Positions 42,001 through 50,000 of a stretch of 64,000 nt of DNA are shown here, one piece after another. The notes beneath the pieces were generated by a model. That model saw only the letters and a list, made by a program, of their open reading frames with translations, was not told the origin of the DNA and did not search any database. The position numbers and the translations under genes were made by a program. This DNA comes from Mytilus edulis. Its lineage: Eukaryota. Position 1 is the first letter of the stretch. Each line of letters starts with the position of its first letter. The DNA lies in contig NC_092348.1 of the NCBI RefSeq assembly GCF_963676685.1, positions 84,010,001 through 84,074,000 of the forward strand. The letters are read 5' to 3'.

Positions 42001-42439
42001 GAATTCGTGTTGCTCAGTCTAGTGTTTTATGTTGTGTTTGTAGACTTCGACAACACCAAAATGTACTCAAAGACATTTGTTATTTGATACAAAAGAAAAA
42101 AATTTCAAACAATTTTTTTATCATTCAGATGAATGTGTTATGCTTATTATCTTATTTTTAAAACGATTAACCCGAAGTGAACATAAACATTTTAAACGTC
42201 GAGGCGGATTGTGTTATATTTGTCGTCATTTTGTTTACATTTGTTACAAAAAGTAGTTCGGTCACCGTCATTTATCAGAAGCATTCTCGACCAATGATAT
42301 AAACGTATTACCTAATATGCAAATCATATGAAAGTTCTTTTTGATAAGGAACTTTCCAATTTGATATTTTTGTGATTATGCTCTTTAATATTATTTCAGG
42401 TTGCAAGAGGAAATGAAGTACAACATAGTCGATTTCTAG
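1..42439 (+). CDS. Large cadherin-repeat single-pass membrane protein (non-classical cadherin, about 20 EC repeats visible), 5'-partial, 40 exons
   Basis: Exons read by hand: <1-140, 765-950, 1710-1825, 2625-2796, 4155-4291, 5225-5396, 5843-5976, 7096-7267, 7903-8036, 8686-8857, 9403-9536, 10487-10658, 11998-12131, 12544-12715, 13424-13557, 16674-16845, 17618-17751, 18115-18286, 18791-18924, 20925-21096, 21685-21818, 22302-22473, 23332-23465, 23692-23857, 24928-25067, 26979-27150, 27605-27738, 28329-28500, 29002-29135, 29836-30007, 30731-30870, 32051-32219, 33272-33430, 34137-34274, 34696-34818, 35343-35525, 36327-36514, 37803-38169, 40342-40714, 42400-42439. All have AG acceptors and GT donors except one GC donor. 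Phases are compatible and the total is 6474 nt in frame to TAG 42437-42439. Cadherin motifs: DYD/DYE, DxD, NVNEP, DDNDNSP, ASDRDIG. The first exon (1-140) is the least certain. Confidence 0.9.
765..1825 (+). CDS. First visible cadherin repeat (exons 765-950 and 1710-1825)
   Basis: SNAPMVTGFTNITLYNDEVSVGDTVNTITTSDYDLED...YFEIHPST|GAIRIKSIPPINTYNLDIEVKDPCSLSNIGTQTIIIKNR; canonical AG/GT boundaries, phases 1-1-0. Confidence 0.8.
2625..4291 (+). CDS. Divergent cadherin cassette 0 (A exon 2625-2796, B exon 4155-4291)
   Basis: LPVIANLPSTISVSEDITSNTLLFAINATDSYNDSLTC...|DHGVYTANSSIPFDYDNVSTYNVTIQCDDGDDIVYGELTVNIIQNQ; same 0/1/0 phasing as the array. The B exon is absent from the ORF track. Confidence 0.85.
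2801..3200. repeat. Dispersed repeat family taaaggcaacagtagtataccg...
   Basis: Copies at 2801-3200, 9556-9960 (inverted), 10688-11180, 15008-15460 and 34866-34960 (inverted); the longer copies run into degenerate hammerhead-like sequence. Confidence 0.8.
3873..4028. repeat. Imperfect long hairpin (about 70-bp arms)
   Basis: aggattaaacgaatttttaatggaatttattggtgtttaaactggactaagtcactcacaaacatat pairs with atatgtttgtgagggaattggtcgggtttatacacaaataaattcctttaaaaacgcgtttcatcct. Confidence 0.8.
6229..6825. mobile_element. MITE (Kolobok-like), about 600 bp
   Basis: TIR GTAGATGGGGTGTCT / AGACACCCTATCTACC, TTTA on both sides; absent from the paralogous intron at about 8400-8430. Confidence 0.75.
7567..7785 (+). 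repeat. Truncated Penelope-like 3' repeat inserted in the cassette 2 intron
   Basis: Reverse complement of 428-633; the empty site atatagcacattataaatg is preserved in the paralogous intron at about 5675-5692. Confidence 0.8.
14225..16595. mobile_element. Non-autonomous DNA transposon with about 550-590 bp terminal inverted repeats and CAC...GTG termini (CMC/Chapaev- or Transib-like)
   Basis: Left end CACGGCTGGTAATCTACACACGCAG (14225); its reverse complement ends at 16595. Arms about 14225-14770 and about 16005-16595; flanked by AAA on both sides. No transposase seen; nested retroelement remnant at about 15008-15660. Confidence 0.85.
19640..20695 (-). mobile_element. 3' portion of a second Penelope-like retroelement family
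   Basis: Minus-strand GYVKERLVHSLKKFIGRYQDRVDKYSVSTSQIVSDGLEI* (about 20690-20570), homologous to the peptide at 43220. Related copies at 29278-29428, 48820-49320 plus 50013-50255, 4800-4930 and 30120-30250. Confidence 0.65.
26052..26800 (-). mobile_element. 3' portion of a third dispersed retroelement family (probably Penelope-like)
   Basis: Minus peptide GHILYKAQK...KLTKSLNRLIKKGYSYDTVVISLKISYF followed by a long tail; the same tail is at 51806-52200. Confidence 0.55.
28058..28210 (+). mobile_element. Partial retrozyme-like copy with the hammerhead core deleted
   Basis: gagcgtcact-tgtgtagacgaaacgcgcgtctggcg; about 9 nt (GATGAGTCT) missing relative to family 1. Confidence 0.75.
28741..28840. 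repeat. Exact 50-bp tandem duplication
   Basis: tctaccaatacagtattaatatacattgtgaataatgaaccgttttgaac twice. Confidence 0.95.
31367..31475. repeat. Perfect 33-bp inverted repeat with 43-nt spacer
   Basis: ataactaatcgccgtatttgaatatcaaaaata (31367-31399) and its reverse complement (31443-31475). Confidence 0.9.
31590..31990. mobile_element. MITE with TTAA target duplication (Kolobok-like), 401 bp
   Basis: TTAA-GGATGTACTTCGGTGAGGTT ... AACCTCACCTAAGTACATCC-TTAA. Confidence 0.85.
32051..38169 (+). CDS. Non-amplified membrane-proximal cadherin repeats (7 exons)
   Basis: Peptides APSISNLPMSCEIPE..., LNYDTQRQYKLDILCAD, GTDPEND, DVNSIPTIVNLP, IDYETISPK...NVNEPLHF, DDNDNSPKF...VEASDRDIGPYG; exon phases are consistent. 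Confidence 0.9.
36987..37452. mobile_element. Helentron/HINE (DINE-1-like) element: hairpin, (GTCC)n microsatellite, two 169-bp core repeats
   Basis: ATGCCCCacCTAC-gata-GTAGaGGGGCAT hairpin, cgtccgtccgtccgtc, repeat ttcaggttaaagtttttggtcaaggtag at 37082 and 37251; T-rich insertion site. Confidence 0.7.
38752..39292 (-). mobile_element. Retrozyme-like tandem repeat (357 nt period, about 1.5 units) with two hammerheads
   Basis: Minus-strand hammerheads at 38790-38833 (CTGATGA...GAAA...GTA) and 39147-39190 (core variant CTGGTGA); near-identical repeat copies. Confidence 0.85.
40342..40714 (+). CDS. Last EC repeat, stalk and transmembrane helix exon of the cadherin
   Basis: GTFFYHVKQDNLNASIFVVSDDGTIKL...CVDTG...MAWFVPSIVAIFVSVFVVIHTIYSF-RNICMCEKSKR; a hydrophobic stretch of about 23 aa followed by basic and Cys residues; donor CG|GTAGGT. 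Confidence 0.85.
40896..41786. mobile_element. Tc1/mariner-like non-autonomous element, about 890 bp
   Basis: Perfect TIR TACTAGTCAACAAAAGAAACGATACA at both ends, in TA context. Confidence 0.85.
42400..42439 (+). CDS. Probable terminal coding exon of the cadherin ((R)LQEEMKYNIVDF*)
   Basis: Acceptor ttatttcag at 42391-42399; phase 2 matches the previous donor; TAG at 42437-42439; AATAAA at 42476-42481. Confidence 0.65.
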
Positions 42440-42475
42440 TACTCATCCACGTTTTTGTTATCATAAAACATTCAT

Positions 42476-42481
42476 AATAAA
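42476..42481 (+). promoter_or_regulatory. Candidate polyadenylation signal of the cadherin gene
   Basis: AATAAA 37 nt after the predicted stop; weak evidence in AT-rich DNA. Confidence 0.3.
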
Positions 42482-43189
42482 TGGGGTCATGGTCAACACA
42501 TAATGGTCTGGTCATACCTATCATTGTTTAGAATTTACATATTTATAAAGATGCACAAAACGGATGTGAACAGTCTTAATGGTATATACTGTGAAGTGAC
42601 AGACCGAAGGGAAATAAACAATAAGGATTCATTGCATTTGTATTTTTATTTATCATATTATGATCTAATATCATTACGATTTCATTTGCTCATTAAACAT
42701 GTGTGTTTTATATTCTGATAAATTAAGTCGATAACTTTCTGTTATATATGCTAACAATTTAAACGCTTATTTTCATTATATTTGATTAATACGATTGTGA
42801 GTATGCAGGGCGTCGTGACTGACAAATACAATGTTGTGTTGTTTTTTTACCTAAAATCAGATCTCTCATCAATATTATACCTGTTATTACCTTATGAAAC
42901 GGCCAACTCGATAAGAGTCTGTAATGGTCAATGGTAATCTGATCGGAAACACAAAAATGAAAGAAAATTTCGGCTTTTAAGACTATATATTAGTTTTAAC
43001 CAGTCGGGTAAAAAAGGCAAAAAGGTCACTAAAGATCACTCAAGGGCAGTAAACTATATACCAAATGAAAAATAGTTCAGTTATATTGGTATTAATTTTT
43101 ATAGGCCTTGTATTTCTGAATATTCCTGCTGTGTTTACTTATTGACTTCTTTCTATTATTGTTTTCACGATAAGGTCAAAACGCTAAGC

Positions 43190-44322
43190 TATGATGGTTG
43201 CTGCTCACAAGGAAGCTATTAAACCAAGAGTTTCAAATGGTGAAGTTGAAATCATTCCTTCGTTAATTTTACGGACGCCATCACGGGTTGGTTGACCGTT
43301 ATGGAATAACCGTTTCACAGATGATATCAGATATGTTCCCTACGTCGTAACTATAATCCCTTTCCCTGTGTTGAATGTGATCTACCGAATAAGACTATTT
43401 ACCGGATTTGTTAAAACATGAGCAACACGACAGGTGCCACATGTGGAGGAGGATCTGCGTACCCTTCCGGAGCACCTGAGATCACCCCCACATTTTTGGT
43501 GGTCATGTGTACTATATTTTGTCTGTTTGTCTTTATCATTTTTAGCCTTGGCGTTGTCAATATAAAATGTGGTATGATTGTCAATGAGACAACTGTCCAC
43601 AAGAAACCAAAATGACACTGACATTAACAACTATAGGTCACCATACGGCCTTCAACAATGAGCAAGCCCCATACCGCATAGTCAGTTATAAAAGGCCCCG
43701 ATATGACAATGTAAAAAAATTCAAACGAGAAAACTAACGGCCTTATTTTAATTAAATAAATGAACGAAAAACAAATATGTAATACATAAACAAACGACAA
43801 CCACTATATTTAGGCCACGAGCATCATTGAAGAGACATGTATTGTCGAAATGCGCATCTGGTGCAAGAAAATTAGTACCGTTAATTTAATTACTACCACT
43901 GGATCGATGCCTCTGCTGGTGGACTATTAGTCCCCGAGGGTATCACCAGCCCAGTAGCCAGTACTTCGGTACTGGCATGAAAATACGGATTTTTTGTGTT
44001 ATTAAAATTTGCTGTTACTAAATGATAGAAATTATTATAAATTAAGGAATGTATCTCCCTCATGCATAGCTCTGATTCTTTGACGAATTTGGCTATACTT
44101 TTTGGACTTTTTGGATTATAGCTCTTCATCTTTTATATAAGCTTTGGATTTCAAATATTTAGGCCACGAGTATCACTGAAGAGACATGTATTGTCGAAAT
44201 GCGCATCTGGTGCAAGAAAATTAGTACCGTTAATTTAATTACAGGCTCCTGACTTGGGGCATGCACATATTTTCGATTTATGAGTTTGACTGTCCCTCTG
44301 GTATCTTTCGTCCCTCTCTTCT
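43190..44322 (+). mobile_element. 3' end of a Penelope-like retroelement, split by nested insertions (43560-44268)
   Basis: Peptide LLNQEFQMVKLKSFLR*FYGRHHGLVDRYGITVSQM, followed by the dispersed 3' repeat also found at 428-633, 7567-7785, 18505-18700, 50384-50525 and 50945-51160. Confidence 0.7.
43807..44240 (+). mobile_element. Retrozyme-like tandem repeat, family 2 (349 nt period) with two hammerheads
   Basis: Hammerheads at 43821-43864 (TTGAAGA core variant) and 44170-44213 (CTGAAGA, stem II GACA-tgtat-TGTC, GAAA, T-gcgc-A, ATC site, stem I GTATCA/TGGTGC). Confidence 0.85.
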
Positions 44323-47016
44323 AAATATTATCAAATTATCAAAATGGTCAGTTGATATTACTTCTGAACTTTTTGATCAGTTGAAGTTTAGTATTTTTTG
44401 TATATCTTTTATAGCTTTCAACAGCCGAAATCGACAATACATAAACTCACAAGGGACAAGTTTTTGCAATTCTTTATTTTCAGATACCAGAAAATTAATT
44501 TATCGATTGTATCCTTTTCATAACTGTGTCCAATTGACCGAAGGGGGAAGCACCTGGCAGATGATGCATTTATGTTATTTTTATATTGTAATGTTACACT
44601 ACTGTCTCAGATCAGGGTGAAGTTTAGAACCTTTGCAAAACGCAAATGTATGAATATATATCAGACCGCTGGTTTTTCTGTTTGAGTAGTTTTACATTAG
44701 TAACTTTTATGCCCTTTATAGTTTTTTGTTCGATGTGAGCCAAGGCCGTACTTTGACCTTTAATTGTTAACTTTTTTATAGACACTTTACTTGTGGATGG
44801 AATTGTACACTGGCACGCATACCACATCTTCTTTTGTATATAACAGGAGACATATATACATTATATATATCTCGTTACTTTTGGACTAAGGGAATCCTCA
44901 ATTTTCTTGAATTTCCTTTACATGGAAATATTGTTTACGAAGTAGTTTGCAATTTCAGTCAACATGGTCAAATGTGATTATGGCAGATATTAAACTCCTT
45001 TTTTTGATTTACAGTTTCTTACAGTGTTAAAGTTTTTCGGATAATAGGCAAAAAAAAAAATCTAAATTTTTGGGAATATTCTTATTGAATGCCTTGACTA
45101 TTATAAGCAAATAGTTTTAGTATTTAAGAGATAACTGTATTGTATTTGAAGCTTTAAGGACGTCCATCGGTAGTTTTACTGTCGCAAATTTAGTTTACCT
45201 GGCGAGTGACTGGTGAGAAGTAATGTTTATCCAATTCTTGAATTAATGCATGTATATATTATAAACTTAGTCTTCTGTGCACGATTTCATCATTATTTAC
45301 GCTAAAATGTAAATATATAATCGTAATTTTTTTTCTCTCTGTCTGTTATGAAGTGAAAATAGCAGCTTATTAATTGTCGTGCTATGAAGCCGTAGTCAAC
45401 TGATTGTCACCTTATAGTAAACAATCAACATAGAATCATGGATACTGAGCACATGTTTTTAACATATTGCGATCACCGGAATTTTACAAAATGGGTCACG
45501 CTAAGGTCACGTTGAATACGGAAAATATGTCGGCGAATTGCTTCCTGGAAATAAGCAATTAAAAAAAGTAAACTTCTTCTAAATGTGGACAAATTAAAGA
45601 ATTTTCTTCATAAAAAAAGTATATGTACATAAGTTTTATAATGCCAACTATCCATTTTGTTAAAAAAAAAAAAAAAAAATTTTAATTTGAGGTTTCATAT
45701 GACTTTAAAGGAAACTCCAAAGTGCAAAACATCTATCCAAAGTTTTAACTAAATCACTTAATATCGATAATCATATCTATTATACCATTTTTATATAGAT
45801 TACATGGTTTTCCTGTTTGAATTATTTTACACTAGTCATGTTGTGCTTTTTATAGCTTGCTGTACGGTGTGATCCAAGGCTCCATGTTGTAGGCCGTATT
45901 TTTGACCTATAATTGTTTACTTTTAACACATAGTGACTGGGATATAAACTTGTTTTATTGGCAATCATACCACATCTTCTTATTTCTGTATACCAATCTA
46001 CATACATTTTGTATAATAATATTTATTTTAAAAAGTCTTCATAGTTATATACAAAATATATACAATACATTGTACAGTAATAGCATAAGACACTATGTTA
46101 TTATAATAGTATACAATTTCTAAGCTATTTAGAAAATAGAAACAAAATACGAAAAACAACATCCCACAATGATAGCCTTTGTATGATGTCGGCACAAAGA
46201 TGTTTTGGCCTAAAAGAAGAATATCGAATGAGGACGAAACACGAGGTTAATACACTTCTTTAGGTCGATATATCCTTATTGACCGCAGACCATATTATCA
46301 ATTTTCTACTATTTTTGAAGGAATGAAATTAGTCAAAATGTACATTTATAATATTCAATGGTATATTGGGTTGTTTGTTTCAATTTCTGAACAAACAATA
46401 TTTTCGAAATCGAATGAAGGGCTAGGTTTTTACAAATCATTTAAAGAATCAAAACTTCTCACAGTAAGAATAAGAATTCAGTACGACTCAGGACACTACT
46501 ACGATTTACAATATGTACTGCTAAAAATTAGAATATTCTGATTTTACGGAAGACTCTACATTGTACTAAATTTCCAGTAGGAAAGGGATATTACTTCTTA
46601 TTTCTTATATACAAATCATAAACTCAAACTTTTTCATTTTACTCACATGCATAAATGTGTATGTACATACTAGTATAGTTTTAAATAATCACTTTTTTCT
46701 TGCTATTGTTTGATGTAGTATCAAAGGTAGTTAAATGTGTCAATGTCATCTTGAATATTGCTAACGTCTGTAATTTTTTCTGCAGAATGGCTTTTATTGG
46801 CAATAAAATACACATTTAGTGTATATAAGATAATGTAAGGTCATCTAATAAAGAAATATGATTAGACTGTTTTATTTTACATTGAATCTAGATAGTTCTT
46901 TATAACATATACTACACAATGTAATTATTTATAAAACAATAACACAAATTCATCTGTAAAAACGAAATAGCAGAAAAACATAGATGAGTTCTCAAGTCTG
47001 TTATCATGATGGTTAC

Positions 47017-47060
47017 TTATTTATTTCGTGTGTGTTTAACTTCCACAACAAGTTCCAGTT
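47017..47060 (-). CDS. Probable terminal exon of ROCO-HEPN (ELELVVEVKHTRNK*)
   Basis: Acceptor ttaatttcag; phase 1 matches the HEPN exon donor TCGG|GTAAGA; TAA at 47019-47017. Confidence 0.6.
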
Positions 47061-50000
47061 CTGAAATTAAATGAAACCATCATTGCATAATAATTATATC
47101 AAAACCTTATTTCTTAAAAAAACACAATTAAAATACAAAAATCAAGGTAACAAGAAAAATCAATCAGGTCAATTCTAATTTTAATGGTACATTAGAACAC
47201 CGCCTAGGTTCTTTCTAATTTACTGGATGTGTTTTTTTTCTGATTGAAAATATTTTGTATGTACTCGTATACTTCTACATTCATATTGGTTACTGTATTG
47301 CGGTTTAAACTTTGTAAGAAATCATCCTAATTAAAACTAGTAGCCACATTAGGAGAGTGCAATTCTTTCTGCATGATTAACGACCATTTAGACCACTCTT
47401 TGTACAACATTGTTTGGCACAGTTTTTGGTATTTTGGGTCATCAATGCTATCCAACTATCCAACGTGTTACTTGTTTTGCTTTCCAATTTTGTTGATCGG
47501 ATCGTCATTGATGAGTCTTATGTAGACGAAACGCGTGTCTGGCTCATTAAATTATAAGCTTGGTACCGGATAACTATTTCGTTTGTTTTTTAATAATTAT
47601 TATCGTTTCATAAAGTGTACTAAATAAAAGTGGTGTACTTACAATATTCGGTATGTAGTCATCTTCACTAGAAGATACTGTTCATTTTTTTTCAAAATTT
47701 CTATGAACATATTTTTTTAATCAATTCATGGTCTCACTGTTTTCAAATTTGTTCAGACTTACTGTTTTACTCAGAAATACGTCAAAATAATGCACGTTGT
47801 ACTAGTATACTGAAGGGATAACTTATAAGAGGAAATAAACTGACAATGTCATGGCAAAACACGAAAAACGACCTGATAAGTTTATTTACAACCACTGGGT
47901 CGATGACACTGCTAGTGGAGCTTTATTCCCAAATGGTATCACCAGCCCAGTGATTTTGCATTTTTTACTTTTCTTGAATCGAGCGTAACTGGTGAGTCTT
48001 TTGGAGACGAAACGCACGTCAAGCGGTAATACTATATTTCATTCATGGTCTCTATAATGAGTTTATTTACTCATATAAAACTTATATCATTTAGACCTCT
48101 ATAAAATAAAAGTAAAATATATATGAGTTTCTTATTTGCGTACATAGCTTTAATCATTTTTATAAATACATGTTTTGGTAACTATAGATTTAATAAATGA
48201 CTGTTAAAAAATTATGAAAAGTAGAGCATGGATGATGAAATCATGTGATTTTCAAATCAATCTTACCCGATTGTGTTTTAATTTCATTTTCAATTTGATG
48301 ATGAATTTCATTCACTTCCTCATTTGCAATTGTTCTAGCTAAAACATCATTGAGTCGTTTTGAATACAGCTTCATTGGATTGTTGCGTTTATCAAATCGT
48401 TTTAAAAGATCCTCTATAATATGACACAGGTCATTGTAACGCTTATCTTCAAGTGCATATGTCGTAGAGTGTTGAAGTTCATTCCTGGTAAGTCGTATTC
48501 GCTCTATGTCATCTCCAGTAGCTGTATCAGTATTCTTTATATCATGCAATGTCTTTGCCCAAGGATATTTGCGGCCACCTGAATTACTCGGAATATGTTT
48601 ATTAAGACTCCATAGCTCTTTTGACAAGTACGTTATATCACATTCACTCCTAGGCTTCACATTTTGTTTGTCTTGTTTAAGAAGATCATATAAAACATCG
48701 GCAAGAATATTCAGTACAATCATTCCCATCTTTGCAAAATTAAATTCCTCTTTTGAAAACTAAAATGAACATTAAAGAATATCAAAAACGTGTTACTAGA
48801 AACGATTTTTGTTTTACAAAAATACTGAGGAAAATTCAAAATTGAAATTCTTTAATTAAATGGCAAAAATTAAAAGCTCACACATATCAAATGAACTAAT
48901 ATTATCTGTCATATTCCTGACTTGGTACAGGTATTTTCTTAAATAGAAAATTGTTGATTAAAACCCGGGTAGCCAAAACCGCTCACTTGTATGACAGTCG
49001 CATAAAATTTCACTATATTGACAACGATGTTTAAACAAAACAAACAGACATCATAGGTAAAAATGTTAAAATAGATGTAGAGCAGTCTACATTGTGTTAT
49101 ATACTTAACCACTTTAAAAAAAAATGTAACACGAAGCTCAAAGAGACATATAGACAAAGCACATAAGAAAAATGTAGGACAAGAATACAAAAAAAAAAAA
49201 TCAATGGCACAATAACGCAATGGCGCGATATATAAATACCGAGCCACGTCAAATGGAAATTCCCAAAAAATAGACTTAAAAGTAAAAGTAATATTCAGAA
49301 CACCAAATGAAAAAAATACTAGTGGAGATTTATTTCCCCGAGGGTATCACAAGCCCAGTAGTCAGCACTTTTTGTGCTGACATGAATTGTCATTGATATG
49401 GTTATATTTATAAAATAACTGTTAACAAAATTTTGAATTTTTCGAAATACTAAGGCTTTTCTACCTCAGGCATAGATTACTTCAGCTGTATTTGGCAAAA
49501 CTTTTAGGAATTTTGGTCCTCAATGCTCTTCAACTTCGTACTTTGTTTGGCCTTTTTTAGATTCGAGCGTCACTGATGAGTCTTTTGTAGACGTAACGCG
49601 CGTCTGGCGTATATACAAAATTTAGTCCTGGTATCTATGAAGAGTTTATTTACAATCACTGGGTTCATGCCACTGCTGGTGGAGATTTATTTCCCGAGGG
49701 TATCACAAGCCCAGTAGTCAGCACTTTTCGTGCTGACATGAATTATCATTGATTTTGTTATATTTATAAATTAATTGTTAACAAAATTTTGAATTTTTTG
49801 AAATACTAAGGCTTTTCTACCTCAGGCATATATTACTTTAGCTGTATTTGGCAAAACTTTAAGGAATTTTGGTCCTCAATGTACTTCAACTTCGTACTTT
49901 GTTTGGCCCTTTTAACTTTTTTAGATTCGAGAGTCACTGATGAGTCTTTTGTAGACGAAACGCGCGTCTGGCGTATATACAAAATTTAGTCCTGGTATCT

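Noticed and set aside
1-42439. FAT, dachsous, CELSR or classical cadherin assignment
   Set aside because: No EGF/LamG, GAIN/7TM or catenin-binding tail between or after the EC repeats and the TM helix.
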